Assembly (NCBI GenBank): GCA_964016885.1
Contig: OZ024740.1
Span: 256,184,001-256,248,000, forward strand
Direction of reading: 5' to 3'
Length of the DNA: 64,000 nt
Source: Eledone cirrhosa
Lineage: Eukaryota
In this document: one piece after another, positions 1 to 18,000 of the stretch
How positions within the stretch are numbered: the first letter of the stretch is position 1
Layout of the letters: each line of letters begins with the position of its first letter
Translations under genes and position numbers: made by a program
The notes under the pieces: generated by a model
The model's database searches: none
Told to the model about the DNA's origin: nothing
What the model saw: the letters and a program-made list of their open reading frames with translations, nothing else

Positions 1-3000
1 ACCGAGGGAAGACAATAACGGCAGGCACCAACGGAAGACACTAACGGCAGACACTAACGGCAGACACCAACGGCAGACACCAACGGCAGACACCAACGGC
101 AGACACCAACAACAGACACCAACAGTAGACACCAACGGCAGACACCAACGGCAGACACCAACGGCAGACACAAACGGCAGACACCAACAGCAGACACCAA
201 CAGCAGACACCAACAGCAGACACCAACGGCAGACACCAACGGCTGACACCTACTGCAGACACAAACGGCAGACACTAACGGCGGACACCAACGACAGACA
301 ATAATGGCAGACACCGACGGCAGACACTAACGGCAGACAACAACGGCAGACACAAACGGCAGATATTAACGGCAGACAACAACGGCAGACACCAACGGCA
401 GACATTAACGGCAGACACAAACGGCAGACATTAACGGCAGACAACAACGGCAGACACCAACGGCAGACATCAACGGCAGACACCAACAGCAGACACTAAC
501 GGCAGACACCAACGGCAGACACCAACGGCAGACATTAATGTCAGACACCAACGGCAGACACTAACGGCAGACAACAACGGCAGATACCAACGGCAGACAT
601 TAACGGCAGACACCAATGGCAGACACCAACGGCAGACCCCAACGGCAGACACTAACGGCAAACACTAACGGCAGACACAAACGGCAAACCCCAACGGCTG
701 ACACCAACGGCAGACCCCAACGGCAGACCCCGACGGCAGACACCAACGGCAGACACCAACGGCAGACACTAACGGCAGACACCAACGGCAGACGCTAACG
801 GCAGACACCAACGGCAAACACTAACGGCAGACACCAACGGCAGACACTAAAGGCAGACAACAACAGCAGACACCAACGGCAGACACCAACGGCAGACACT
901 AACGGCAGACACTAACAGCAGACACTAACGGCAGACACAAACGTCAGACACCAATGGCAGACACCAGCGGCAGACATTAACGGCAGACACTAACGGAAGA
1001 CACGAACGGAAGACACTAAAGGTAGACATTAACGGAAGACACTAACGACAGACACGAACGGAAGACACTAACGGCAGACACTAACGGCAGACACCAACAG
1101 CAGACACCAACGGAAGACACTAACGGCAGACACCAACAACAGACACCAACAGCAGACACCAACAGCAGACACCAACAGCAGACACCAACGCCAGACACCA
1201 ACGGCAGACACAAACGGCAGAAACCAACAGCAGACACCAACAGCAGACACCAACAGAAGACACAAACGGCAGACACCAACAGCAGACACCAACAGCAGAC
1301 ACCAACAGCAGACACCAACAGCAGACACCAACGGCAGACACCAACGGCAGACACCAACTGCAGACACTAACGGCGGACACCAACAGCAGACACCAACGGC
1401 AGACACTAACGGCAGACACTAACGGCAGACACTAACGGCAGGCACAAAGATCAGACACCAACGGCAGACACCAACGGCAGACACCATCGGCAGACACAAA
1501 CGGCAGACACTAACGGCGGACACCAACGGCAGACACTAATGGGAGACACCAACGGCAGACACTAACGGCAGACAACAACGGCAGACACCAACTGAAGACA
1601 CTAACGACAGACACCAACGGCAGACATTAACGGCAGACATTAACGGCAGACACCAACGGCAGACATTAACGGCAGACAACAACGGCAGACACCAACGGCA
1701 GACATTAACGGAAGAGAACAACGGCAGACTCCAACCGCAGACATTAACGTGAGACATCAACAGCAGACACTAACGGCAGACACCAACGGCAGACACCAAC
1801 GGCAGACACCAACGGCAGACACTAACGGCAAACAACAACGGCAGACACTAACGGCAGACATTAACGGCAGACACCAACGGCAGACACTAACGGCAGACAC
1901 CAACAGCAGACACTAACGGCAGACACCAACGGCAGACCCCAACTGCAGACACAAACGGCAGACCCCAACGGCAGACACCAACGGCAGACACCAACGGCAG
2001 ACACTAACGGCAGACACTAACGGCAGACACCAACGGCAGACCACAACGTCAGACACTAACGGCAGACACTAACGACAGACACAAACGGCAGACCCCAACG
2101 GCTGACACCAACGGCTGACCCCAACGGCAAAACCCAACGGCAGACACCAACGGCAGACACCAACGGCAGACTCTAACCGCTGACCCCAACGGCTGACACT
2201 AACGGCAGACACCAACGGTAGACACCAACGGCAGACGCTAACGGCAGACACCAACGGCAGACACTAACGGCAGACATCAACGGCAGACACTAAATGCAGA
2301 CACCAACAGCAGACACCAACGGCAGACACTAACGGCAGACACCAACGGCAGACACCAACGGCAGACATTAACGGCAGACACCAACGGCAGACACTAACGG
2401 CAGACACCAACGGCAGACACCAACGGCAGACATTAACGGCAGACACCAACGGCAGACACTAACGGCAGACAAAAACGGCAGACACCAACGGCAGTCATTA
2501 ACGGCAGACACCAACGGCAGACACCAACGGCGGACACTAACGGCAGACACCAACGGCAGACACAAACGGCAGACACCAACGGCAGACATTAACGGCAGAC
2601 ACCAACGGCAGACACTAAGGGCAGACATAAACGGCAGACACTAACGGCAGACACTAACGGCAGACACCAACAGCAGATATTAACGGAAGACACTAACGGC
2701 AGACACCAACGGAAGACACTAACGGCATACACTAACGGCAGACACAAACGGCAGACACCAACGGCAGACATTACCGGCAGACACTAACGGCAGACACCAA
2801 CGGCAGACACTAACGGCAGACGCCAACTGCAGACCCCAACGGCAGTCACCAACAGCAGACACCAACGGAAGACACTAATGGCAGACACCAACAGCAGACA
2901 CCAACGGAAGACACTAACGGCAGAAACAAACGGCAGACACCAACGGCAGACACTAACGGCAGACACTAACGGCAGACACCAACGTCAGGCACTAACGGCA

Positions 3001-6000
3001 TACACTAACGGCAGACATCAACGGCAGACACTAAATGCAGACACCAACAGCAGACACCAACGGCAGACACTAACGGCAGACACCAACGGCAGACACCAAC
3101 GGCAGACATTAACGGCAGACATTAACGGCAGACACCAACGGCAGACACTAACGGCAGACACCAACGGCAGACACCAACGGCAGACATTAACGGCAGACAC
3201 CAACGGCAGACACTAACGGCAGACAAAAACGGCAGACACCAACGGCAGTCATTAACGGCAGACACCAACGGCAGACACCAACGGCGGACACTAACGGCAG
3301 ACACCAACGGCAGACACAAACGGCAGACACCAACGGCAGACATTAACGGCAGACACCAACGGCAGACACTAAGGGCAGACATAAACGGCAGACACTAACG
3401 GCAGACACTAACGGCAGACACCAACAGCAGATATTAACGGAAGACACTAACGGCAGACACCAACGGAAGACACTAACGGCATACACTAACGGCAGACACA
3501 AACGGCAGACACCAACGGCAGACATTACCGGCAGACACTAACGGCAGACACCAACGGCAGACACTAACGGCAGACGCCAACTGCAGACCCAAACGGCAGA
3601 CACCAACAGCAGACACCAACGGAAGACACTAACGGCAGACACCAACAGCAGACACCAACGGAAGACACTAACGGCAGACACAAACGGCAGACACCAACGG
3701 CAGACACTAACGGCAGACACTAACGGCAGACACCAACGTCAGACACTAACGGCATACACTAACGGCAGACACTAACGGAAAACGCCAACTGCAGACCCCA
3801 ACGGCAGACACCAACAGCACACACCGAGGGAAGACACTAACGGCAGACACCAAGAGAAGACACTAACGGCAGACACTAACGGCAGACACCAACGGCAGAC
3901 ACTAACGACAGACACTAACGGCAGACACAAAGTTCAGACACCAGTGGCAAACACCAACGGCAGAGACAAACGGCAGACACCAACAACAGACACCAACAGC
4001 AGACACCAACGGCAGACACCAACGGCAGAACCAACGGCAGACACAAACGGCAGACACCAACAGCAGACACCAACAGCAGACACCAACAGCAGACACCAAC
4101 GGCAGACACCAACGGCAGACACCAACTGCAGACACAAACGGCAGACACTAATGGCGGACACCAACGGCAGACACTAATGGCAGACACCAACGGCAGACAC
4201 TAACGGCAGACAACGACGGCAGACACCAACGGAAGACACTAACGACAGACACAACGGCAGACACTAACGGCAGACGACAACGACAGACCCAAGGGCAGAG
4301 ATTAACGGCAGACAACAACGACAAAGAACAACGGCAGACATTAACGGCAGACACCAACGGCATACATTAACGGCAGACAACAACGGCAGACACCAACGGC
4401 AGACATTAACGCCAGACACCAACAGCAGACACTAACGGCAGACACCAACGCCAGACACCAACGGCAGACACCAACGGCAGACATTAACGGCACACACCAA
4501 CGGCAGACACTAACGGCAGACAACAACGGCAGACACCAACGGCAGACATTAACGGCAGACACAAACGGCAGACACTAACGGCAGATACCAACAGCAGACA
4601 CCAACGGCAGACAGCAACTGCAGACACTAACGGCAGACACTAACGGCAGACACCAACGGCAGACACTAACTGCAGACTCAAACGGCAGACCCCAACGGCA
4701 GACACCGACGGCAGACACCAACGGAAGACACTAACGGCAGAAACTAACGGCAGACACCAACGGCAGACCCCAACGGCAGACACTAACGGCAGACACTAAC
4801 GGCAGACACAAACGGCAGACCCCAACGGCTGACACCAACGGCAGACCCCAACGGCAGACCCCAACGGAAGAAACCAACGGCAGACACCAACGGCAGACCC
4901 CAACGGCTGACACTAACGGCAGACACCAACGGCAGACACCAACGGCAGACGCTAACGGCAGACAGCAACGTCAGACACTAACGGCAGACAACAACGGCAG
5001 ACACTAAAGGCAGACACCAACAGCAGACACCAACGGCAGACACTAACGGCAGACACTAACAGCAGACACTAACGGCCGACACCAACGGAAGACACTAACG
5101 GCAGACACCATCGGAACACACTAACGGCAGACACTAACGGCAGACACAAACGGCAGACACCAACGGCAGACACTACCGGCAGACACTATCGGCAGACACC
5201 AACGGCAGACACTAACGGCAGACACTAACGGCAGACACTAACGGCAGACACCAACAACAGACACCAACAGTAGACACCAACAGCAGACACCAACGGCAGA
5301 CACAAACGGCGGACACCAACTGCAGACACAAACGGAACACTAACGGCGGACACCAACGGCAGACACTAATGGCAGACCCCAACGGCAGACACTAACGGCA
5401 GACAACAACGGCAGACACCAACTAAGACACTAACGACAGACACCAACGGCAGACACTAACGGCAGACAACAACGGCAGACACCAAAGGCATACATTAACG
5501 GCAGACACCAATGCTAGACACTAACGGCAAACAACAACGGCAGACACCAACGGCAGACATTAACGGCACACACCAACGGCAGCAACTAACGGCATACACC
5601 AACAGCAGACACCAACGGCAGACACCAACTGCAGACACTAACGGCAGACACCAACGGCAGACCCCAACTGCAGACACAAACGGCAGACACTAACGGCAGA
5701 CACCAACAGCAGACACCAACCGCAGACACCAACTGCAGACACTAACGGCAGACATCAACGGCAGACCCCAACTGCAGACACAAACGGCAGACCCCAACTG
5801 CAGACACCAACGGCAGACACCAACGGCAAACACTAACGGCAGACACTAACGGCAGACACCAACGGCAGACCCCAACGGCAGACACTAACGGCAGACACTA
5901 ACGGCAGACACAAACGGCAGACCCCAACGGAAGACACCAACGCCAGACCCCAACGGCAGACCCCAATGGCAGACACCAACGGCAGACACCAAGCGCAGAC

Positions 6001-9000
6001 ACTAACGGCAGACCCCAACGGCTGACACTAACGGCAGACACCAACGGCAGACACCAACGGCAGACGCTAACGGCAGACACCAACGGCAGACACTAACGGC
6101 AGACACCAACGGCAGACACTAAAGGCAGACACTATCGGCAGACACTAACGGCAGACACCAACGGCAGACACTAACGGCAGACACTAACAGCAGACACTAA
6201 CAGCAGACACTAACGGCAGACACAAACGTCAGACACCAATGGCAGACACCAACGGCAGACATTAACGGCAGACACTACCGGCAGACACCAACGGAAGACA
6301 CTAAAGGCAGACATTAACGGAAGACACTAACGGCAGACACCAACGGCATACACCAACGGCAGACACTAACGGCAGACCCCAACGGCAGACACAAACGGCA
6401 GACACCAACGGCAGACACCAACGGCAGACACTAACGGCAGCCACTAACGGCAGACACTAACGGCAGACGCCAACTGCAGACCCCAACGGCAGACACCAAC
6501 AACAGACACCAACGTAAGACACTAACGTCAGACACCAACAACAGACACAAACAGCAGACACCAACAGCAGACACCAACAGCAGACACCAACGGCAGACAC
6601 CAACGGCAGACACAAATGGCAGACACCAACAGCAGACACCAACAGCAGACACCAACAGCAGACACCAACGGCAGACACCAACGGCAGACACCAACTGCGG
6701 ACACTAACCGCGGACACCGACGGCAGACACCAACGGCAGACACTAACGGCAGACACCAACGGCAGACACCAACTGCCGACACTAACGGCGGACACCAACA
6801 GCAGACACCAACGGCAGACACTAACGGCAGACACCAACGGCAGACACCAACGGCGGACACTAACGGCAGACACCAACGGCAGACACAAACGGCTGACACC
6901 AACGGCAGACATTAACGGCAGACACCAACGGCAGACACTAACGGCAGATATAAACGGCAGACAACATCGGCAGACACCAACGGCAGACACCAATGGCAGA
7001 CACCAACGGCAGACACCAACGGCAGACATTAACGGCAGACACCAACGGCAGACACTAACGGCAGACAAAAACGGCAGACACCAACGGCAGACATTAACGG
7101 AAGACACCAACGGCAGACACCAACGGCGGACGCTAACGGCAGACACCAACGGCAGACACAAACGGCAGACACCAACGGCAGACATTAACGGCAGACACCA
7201 ACGGCAGACACTAACGGCAGACACTAACGGCAGACACCAACGGCAGACACCAACGGCAGACACCAACGGGAGACACAAACGGCAGACACTAACGGGAGAC
7301 CCCAACGTCAGACACAAACGGCAGACACCAACGGTAGACACCAACGGCAGACACCAACGGCAGACACCAACGGCAGACACCAACGGCGGACACTAACGGC
7401 AGACACCAACGGCAGACAGCAACGGAAGACACTAACGGCAGACACTAACGGCAGACACAAACGGCAGACACCAACGGCAGACACTAACGGCAGACACTAA
7501 CGGCAGACACCAACGTCAGACACTAACGGCAGACACCAACAAAAGACACCAACAGCAAACACCAACAGCAGACACCAACAGCAGACACCAACGGCAGAAA
7601 CCAACGGCAGACACAAACCGCAGACACCAACAGCAGACACCAACAGCCTACACAAACAGCAGACACCAACGGCAGACACCAACGAGAGACACCAACTGCA
7701 GACACAAACGGCACACACTAACGGCGGACACCAACGGCAGACACTAATGGCAGACACCAACGGCAGACACTAACGGCAGACAGCAACGGTAGACACCAAC
7801 TGAAGACACTAACGACAGACACCAACGGCAGACACTAACGGCAGACACCAACGGCATACTTAACGGCAGACACCAACGGCAGACACTAACGGCAGACAAC
7901 AACGGCAGACACCAACGGCATACTTAACGGCAGACACCAACGGCAGACACTAACGGCAGACAACAACGGCAGACACCAACGGCAGACATTAACGGCAGAC
8001 ACCAACGGCAGACACCAACGGCAGACACCAACTGCAGACACCAACTGCAGACTCTAACGGCAGACACCAACAGCAGACACCAACGGCAGACACCAACTGC
8101 AGACACTAACGGCAGACACCAACGGCAGACCCCAACTGCAGACACAAACGGCAGACACTAACGGCAGACACCAACAGCAGACACCAACGGCAGACACCAA
8201 CTGCAGACACTAACGGCAGACACCAACGGCAGACCCCAACTGCAGACACAAACGGCAGACCCCAACTGCAAACACCAACGGCAGACACCAACGGCAGACA
8301 CCAACAGCAGACACCAACGGCAGACACTAACGGCAGACACTAACGGCAGACACAAACGGCAGACACTAACGGCAGACACCAACAGCAGACACCAACGGCA
8401 GACACCAACGGCAGGCACTAACGGCAGACACTGACGGCAGACCCTAACGGCAGACACTAACGGCAGACCCTAACGGCAGACACACACGGCAGACCCCAAC
8501 GGAAGACACCAACGGCAGACCCCAACGGCAGACCCCAATGGCAGACACCAATGGCAGACACCAACGGCAGACACCAACAGCAGACACTAACGGCAGACCC
8601 CAACGGCTGACACTAACGGCAGACACTAACGGCAGACACCAACGGCAGACGCTAACGGCAGACACCAATGGCAGACACTAACGGCAGACACCAACGGCAG
8701 ACACTAAAGGAAGACACCAACAGCAGACACCAACGGCAGACACTAACGGCAGACACTAACAGCAGACACTAACGGCAGACGCAAACGTCAGACACCAATG
8801 GCAGACACAAACGGCAGACCCCAACGGAAGACACCAACGCCAGACCCCAACGGCAGACCCCAATGGCAGACACCAACGGCAGACACCAAACGCAGACACT
8901 AACGGCAGACCCCAACGGCTGACACTAACGGCAGACACCAACGGCAGACACCAACGGCAGACGCTAACGGCAGACACCAACGGCAGACACTAACGGCAGA

Positions 9001-12000
9001 CACCAACGGCAGACACTAAAGGCAGACACTAACGGCAGACACTAACGGCAGACACCAACGGCAGACACTAACGGCAGACACTAACAGCAGACACTAACAG
9101 CAGACACTAACGGCAGACACAAACGTCAGACACCAATGGCAGACACCAACGGCAGACATTAACGGCAGACACTACCGGCAGACACCAACGGAAGACACTA
9201 AAGGCAGACATTAACGGAAGACACTAACGGCAGACACCAACGGCATACACCAACGGCAGACACTAACGGCAGACCCCAACGGCAGACACAAACGGCAGAC
9301 ACCAACGGCAGACACCAACGGCAGACACTAACGGCAGCCACTAACGGCAGACACTAACGGCAGACGCCAACTGCAGACCCCAACGGCAGACACCAACAAC
9401 AGACACCAACGTAAGACACTAACGTCAGACACCAACAACAGACACAAACAGCAGACACCAACAGCAGACACCAACAGCAGACACCAACGGCAGACACCAA
9501 CGGCAGACACAAATGGCAGACACCAACAGCAGACACCAACAGCAGACACCAACAGCAGACACCAACGGCAGACACCAACGGCAGACACCAACTGCGGACA
9601 CTAACCGCGGACACCGACAGCAGACACCAACGGCAGACACTAACGGCAGACACCAACGGCAGACACCAACTGCCGACACTAACGGCGGACACCAACAGCA
9701 GACACCAACGGCAGACACTAACGGCAGACACCAACGGCAGACACCAACGGCGGACACTAACGGCAGACACCAACGGCAGACACAAACGGCTGACACCAAC
9801 GGCAGACATTAACGGCAGACACCAACGGCAGACACTAACGGCAGATATAAACGGCAGACAACATCGGCAGCCACCAACGGCAGACACCAATGGCAGACAC
9901 CAACGGCAGACACCAACGGCAGACATTAACGGCAGACACCAACGGCAGACACTAACGGCAGACAAAAACGGCAGACACCAACGGCAGACATTAACGGAAG
10001 ACACCAACGGCAGACACCAACGGCGGACGCTAACGGCAGACACCAACGGCAGACACAAACGGCAGACACCAACGGCAGACATTAACGGCAGACACCAACG
10101 GCAGACACTAACGGCAGACACTAACGGCAGACACCAACGGCAGACACCAACGGCAGACACCAACGGGAGACACAAACGGCAGACACTAACGGGAGACCCC
10201 AACGTCAGACACAAACGGCAGACACCAACGGTAGACACCAACGGCAGACACCAACGGCAGACACCAACGGCAGACACCAACGGCGGACACTAACGGCAGA
10301 CACCAACGGCAGACAGCAACGGAAGACACTAACGGCAGACACTAACGGCAGACACAAACGGCAGACACCAACGGCAGACACTAACGGCAGACACCATCGG
10401 AACACACTAACGGCAGACACTAACGGCAGACACAAACGGCAGACACCAACGGCAGACACTACCGGCAGACACTATCGGCAGACACCAACGGCAGACACTA
10501 ACGGCAGACACTAACGGCAGACACTAACGGCAGACACCAACAACAGACACCAACAGTAGACACCAACAGCAGACACCAACGGCAGACACAAACGGCGGAC
10601 ACCAACTGCAGACACAAACGGAACACTAACGGCGGACACCAACGGCAGACACTAATGGCAGACCCCAACGGCAGACACTAACGGCAGACAACAACGGCAG
10701 ACACCAACTAAGACACTAACGACAGACACCAACGGCAGACACTAACGGCAGACAACAACGGCAGACACCAAAGGCATACATTAACGGCAGACACCAATGC
10801 TAGACACTAACGGCAAACAACAACGGCAGACACCAACGGCAGACATTAACGGCACACACCAACGGCAGCAACTAACGGCATACACCAACAGCAGACACCA
10901 ACGGCAGACACCAACTGCAGACACTAACGGCAGACACCAACGGCAGACCCCAACTGCAGACACAAACGGCAGACACTAACGGCAGACACCAACAGCAGAC
11001 ACCAACCGCAGACACCAACTGCAGACACTAACGGCAGACACCAACGGCAGACCCCAACTGCAGACACAAACGGCAGACCCCAACTGCAGACACCAACGGC
11101 AGACACCAACGGCAAACACTAACGGCAGACACTAACGGCAGACACCAACGGCAGACCCCAACGGCAGACACTAACGGCAGACACTAACGGCAGACACAAA
11201 CGGCAGACCCCAACGGAAGACACCAACGCCAGACCCCAACGGCAGACCCCAATGGCAGACACCAACGGCAGACACCAAGCGCAGACACTAACGGCAGACC
11301 CCAACGGCTGACACTAACGGCAGACACCAACGGCAGACACCAACGGCAGACGCTAACGGCAGACACCAACGGCAGACACTAACGGCAGACACCAACGGCA
11401 GACACTAAAGGCAGACACTAACGGCAGACACTAACGGCAGACACCAACGGCAGACACTAACGGCAGACACTAACAGCAGACACTAACAGCAGACACTAAC
11501 GGCAGACACAAACGTCAGACACCAATGGCAGACACCAACGGCAGACATTAACGGCAGACACTACCGGCAGACACCAACGGAAGACACTAAAGGCAGACAT
11601 TAACGGAAGACACTAACGGCAGACACCAACGTCATACACCAACGGCAGACACTAACGGCAGACCCCAACGGCAGACACAAACGGCAGACACCAACGGCAG
11701 ACACCAACGGCAGACACTAACGGCAGCCACTAACGGCAGACACTAACGGCAGACGCCAACTGCAGACCCCAACGGCAGACACCAACAACAGACACCAACG
11801 TAAGACACTAACGTCAGACACCAACAACAGACACAAACAGCAGACACCAACAGCAGACACCAACAGCAGACACCAACGGCAGACACCAACGGCAGACACA
11901 AATGGCAGACACCAACAGCAGACACCAACAGCAGACACCAACAGCAGACACCAACGGCAGACACCAACGGCAGACACCAACTGCGGACACTAACCGCGGA

Positions 12001-15000
12001 CACCGACAGCAGACACCAACGGCAGACACTAACGGCAGACACCAACGGCAGACACCAACTGCCGACACTAACGGCGGACACCAACAGCAGACACCAACGG
12101 CAGACACTAACGGCAGACACCAACGGCAGACACCAACGGCGGACACTAACGGCAGACACCAACGGCAGACACAAACGGCTGACACCAACGGCAAACATTA
12201 ACGGCAGACACCAACGGCAGACACTAACGGCAGATATAAACGGCAGACAACATCGGCAGACACCAACGGCAGACACCAATGGCAGACACCAACGGCAGAC
12301 ACCAACGGCAGACATTAACGGCAGACACGAACGGCAGACACTAACGGCAGACAAAAACGGCAGACACCAACGGCAGACATTAACGGAAGACACCAACGGC
12401 AGACACCAACGGCGGACGCTAACGGCAGACACCAACGGCAGACACAAACGGCAGACACCAACGGCAGACATTAACGGCAGACACCAACGGCAGACACTAA
12501 CGGCAGACACTAACGGCAGACACCAACGGCAGACACCAACGGCAGACACCAACGGGAGACACAAACGGCAGACACTAACGGGAGACCCCAACGTCAGACA
12601 CAAACGGCAGACACCAACGGTAGACACCAACGGCAGACACCAACGGCAGACACCAACGGCAGACACCAACGGCGGACACTAACGGCAGACACCAACGGCA
12701 GACAGCAACGGAAGACACTAACGGCAGACACTAACGGCAGACACAGACGGCAGACACCAACGGCAGACACTAACGGCAGACACTAACGGCAGACACCAAC
12801 GTCAGACACTAACGGCAGACACCAACAAAAGACACCAACAGCAAACACCAACAGCAGACACCAACAGCAGACACCAACGGCAGACACCAACGGCAGACAC
12901 AAACCGCAGACACCAACAGCAGACACCAACAGCCTACACAAACAGCAGACACCAACGGCAGACACCAACGAGAGACACCAACTGCAGACACAAACGGCAC
13001 ACACTAACGGCGGACACCAACGGCAGACACTAATGGCAGACACCAACGGCAGACACTAACGGCAGACAGCAACGGTAGACACCAACTGAAGACACTAACG
13101 ACAGACACCAACGGCAGACACTAACGGCAGACACCAACGGCATACTTAACGGCAGACACCAACGGCAGACACTAACGGCAGACAACAACGGCAGACACCA
13201 ACGGCATACTTAACGGCAGACACCAACGGCAGACACTAACGGCAGACAACAACGGCAGACACCAACGGCAGACATTAACGGCAGACACCAACGGCAGACA
13301 CCAACGGCAGACACCAACTGCAGACACCAACTGCAGACTCTAACGGCAGACACCAACAGCAGACACCAACGGCAGACCCCAACTGCAGACACAAACGGCA
13401 GACACTAACGGCAGACACCAACAGCAGACACCAACGGCAGACACCAACTGCAGACACTAACGGCAGACACCAACGGCAGACCCCAACTGCAGACACAAAC
13501 GGCAGACCCCAACTGCAAACACCAACGGCAGACACCAACGGCAGACACCAACAGCAGACACCAACGGCAGACACTAACGGCAGACACTAACGGCAGACAC
13601 AAACGGCAGACACTAACGGCAGACACCAACAGCAGACACCAACGGCAGACACCAACGGCAGGCACTAACGGCAGACACTGACGGCAGACCCTAACAGCAG
13701 ACACTAACGGCAGACCCTAACGGCAGACACACACGGCAGACCCCAACGGAAGACACCAACGGCAGACCCCAACGGCAGACCCCAATGGCAGACACCAATG
13801 GCAGACACCAACGGCAGACACCAACAGCAGACACTAACGGCAGACCCCAACGGCTGACACTAACGGCAGACACTAACGGCAGACACCAACGGCAGACGCT
13901 AACGGCAGACACCAACGGCAGACACTAACGGCAGACACCAACGGCAGACACTAAAGGAAGACACCAACAGCAGACACCAACGGCAGACACTAACGGCAGA
14001 CACTAACAGCAGACACTAACGGCAGACGCAAACGTCAGACACCAATGGCAGACACCAACAGCAGACATTAACGGCAGACACTAACAGCAGACACCAACGG
14101 AAGACACTAAAGGCAGACATTAACGGAAGACACTAACGGCAGACACTAACGGCAGACACCAACGGCATACACCAACGGCAGACACTAACGGCAGACCCCA
14201 ACGGCAGACACAAACGGCAGACACCAACGGCAGACACCAACGGCAGACACTAACGGCAGCCACTTACGCAGACACTAACGGCAGACGCCAACTGCAGACC
14301 CCAACGGCAGACACCAACAACAGACACCAACGGAAGACACTAACGGCAGACACAAACAACAGACACCAACAGCAGACACCAACAGCAGACACCAACAGCA
14401 GACACCAACGGCAGACACCAACGGCAGACACAAACGGCAGACACCAACAGCAGACACCAACAGCAGACACCAACAGCATACACCAACGGCAGACACCAAC
14501 GGCAGACACCAACGGCAGACACCAACTGCAGACACTAACGGCGGACACCGACGGCAGACACTAACGGCAGACACCAACGGCAGACACCAACTGCAGACAC
14601 TAACGGCGGACACCAACAGCAGACACCAACGGCAGACACTAACGGCAGACACCAACGGCAGACACCAACGGCAGACACTAACGGCAGACACCAACGGCAG
14701 ACACCAACGGCAGACACCAACGGCAGACACAAACGGAAGACACCAACTGCAGACACTAACGGCGGACACCAACAGCAGACACCAACGGCAGACACTAACG
14801 GCAGACACCAACGGCAGACACCAACGGCAGACACCAACGGCAGACACCAACTGCAGACACTAACGGCGGACACCAACAGCAGACACCAACGGCAGACAAT
14901 AACGGCAGACACCAACGGCAGACACCAACGGCAGACACAAACGGCAGACACCAACGGCAGACACTAACGGCAGATATAAACGGCAGACAACATCGGCAGA

Positions 15001-18000
15001 CACCAACGGCAGACACCAATGGCAGACATCAACCGCAGACACTAACGGCAGACACCAACTGCAGACACTAACGGCGGACACCGACGGCAGACACTAACGG
15101 CAGACACCAACGGCAGACACCAACTGCAGACACTAACGGCGGACACCAACAGCAGACACCAACGGCAGACACTAACGGCAGACACCAACGGCAGACACCA
15201 ACGGCAGACACTAACGGCAGACACCAACGGCAGACACCAACGGCAGACACCAACGGCAGACACAAACGGAAGACACCAACTGCAGACACTAACGGCGGAC
15301 ACCAACAGCAGACACCAACGGCAGACACTAACGGCAGACACCAACGGCAGACACCAACGGCAGACACCAACGGCAGACACCAACTGCAGACACTAACGGC
15401 GGACACCAACAGCAGACACCAACGGCAGACAATAACGGCAGACACCAACGGCAGACACCAACGGCAGACACAAACGGCAGACACCAACGGCAGACACTAA
15501 CGGCAGATATAAACGGCAGACAACATCGGCAGACACCAACGGCAGACACCAATGGCAGACATCAACCGCAGACACTAACGGCAGACACCAACGGCAGACA
15601 TTAACGGCAGACAACAACGGCATACACCAACGGCAGACACCAACGGCAGACACCAACGGCAGACATTAACGGCAGACACCAACGGCAGACACTAACGGCA
15701 GACACCAACGGCAGACACCAGCGGCAGACATTAACGGCAGACACCAACGGCAGACACTAACGGCAGACAAAAACGGAAGACACCAACGGCAGACCCCAAC
15801 GGCAGACCCCAATGGCAGACACCAACGGCAGACACCAACGGCAGACACCAACGGCAGACACTAACGGCAGACCCCAACGGCTGACACTAACGGCAGACAC
15901 TAACGGCAGACACCAACGGCAGACGCTAACGGCAGACACCAACGGCAGACACTAACGGCAGACACCAACGGCAGACACTAAAGGAAGACACCAACAGCAG
16001 ACACCAACGGCAGACACTAACGGCAGACACTAACAGCAGACACTAACGGCAGACACAAACGTCAGACACCAATGGCAGACACCAACAGCAGACATTAACG
16101 GCAGACACTAACGGCAGACACCAACGGAAGACACTAAAGGCAGACATTAACGGAAGACACTAACGGCAGACACTAACGGCAGACACCAACGGCATACACC
16201 AACGGCAGACACTAACGGCAGACCCCAACGGCAGACACAAACGGCAGACACCAACGGCAGACACCAACGGCAGACACTAACGGCAGCCACTTACGGCAGA
16301 CACTAACGGCAGACGCCAACTGCAGACCCCAACGGCAGACACCAACAACAGACACCAACGGAAGACACTAACGGCAGACACAAACAACAGACACCAACAG
16401 CAGACACCAACAGCAGACACCAACAGCAGACACCAACGGCAGACACCAACGGCAGACACAAACGGCAGACACCAACAGCAGACACCAACAGCAGACACCA
16501 ACAGCATACACCAACGGCAGACACCAACGGCAGACACCAACGGCAGACACCAACTGCAGACACTAACGGCGGACACCGACAGCAGACACCAACGGCAGAC
16601 ACTAACGGCAGACACCAACGGCAGACACCAACTGCAGACACTAACGGCGGACACCAACAGCAGACACCAACGGCAGACACTAACGGCAGACACCAACGGC
16701 AGACACCAACGGCAGACACTAACGGCAGACACCAACGGCAGACACAAACGGCAGACACAAACGGCAGACACCAACTGCAGACACTAACGGCGGACACCAA
16801 CAGCAGACACCAACGGCAGACACTAACGGCAGACACCAACGGCAGACACCAACGGCAGACACCAACGGCAGACACCAACTGCAGACACTAACGGCAGACA
16901 CTAACAGCAGACACTAACGGCAGACACAAACGTCAGACACCAATGGCAGACACCAGCGGCAGACATTAACGGCAGACACTAACGGAAGACACGAACGGAA
17001 GACACTAAAGGTAGACATTAACGGCAGACAACAACGGCATACACAAACGGCAGACACCAACGGCAGACACCAACGGCAGACATTAACGGCAGACACCAAC
17101 GGCAGACACTAACGGCAGACACCAACGGCAGACACCAGCGGCAGACATTAACGGCAGACACCAACGGCAGACACTAACGGCAGACAAAAACGGAAGACAC
17201 CAACGGCAGACCCCAACGGCAGACCCCAATGGCAGACACCAACGGCAGACACCAACGGCAGACACCAACGGCAGACACTAACGGCAGACCCCAACGGCTG
17301 ACACTAACGGCAGACACTAACGGCAGACACCAACGGCAGACGCTAACGGCAGACACCAACGGCAGACACTAACGGCAGACACCAACGGCAGACACTAAAG
17401 GAAGACACCAACAGCAGACACCAACGGCAGACACTAACGGCAGACACTAACAGCAGACACTAACGGCAGACACAAACGTCAGACACCAATGGCAGACACC
17501 AACAGCAGACATTAACGGCAGACACTAACGGCAGACACCAACGGAAGACACTAAAGGCAGACATTAACGGAAGACACTAACGGCAGACACTAACGGCAGA
17601 CACCAACGGCATACACCAACGGCAGACACTAACGGCAGACCCCAACGGCAGACACAAACGACAGACACCAACGGCAGACACCAACGGCAGACACTAACGG
17701 CAGCCACTTACGGCAGACACTAACGGCAGACGCCAACTGCAGACCCCAACGGCAGACACCAACAACAGACACCAACGGAAGACACTAACGGCAGACACAA
17801 ACAACAGACACCAACAGCAGACACCAACAGCAGACACCAACAGCAGACACCAACGGCAGACACCAACGGCAGACACAAACGGCAGACACCAACAGCAGAC
17901 ACCAACAGCAGACACCAACAGCATACACCAACGGCAGACACCAACGGCAGACACCAACGGCAGACACCAACTGCAGACACTAACGGCGGACACCGACAGC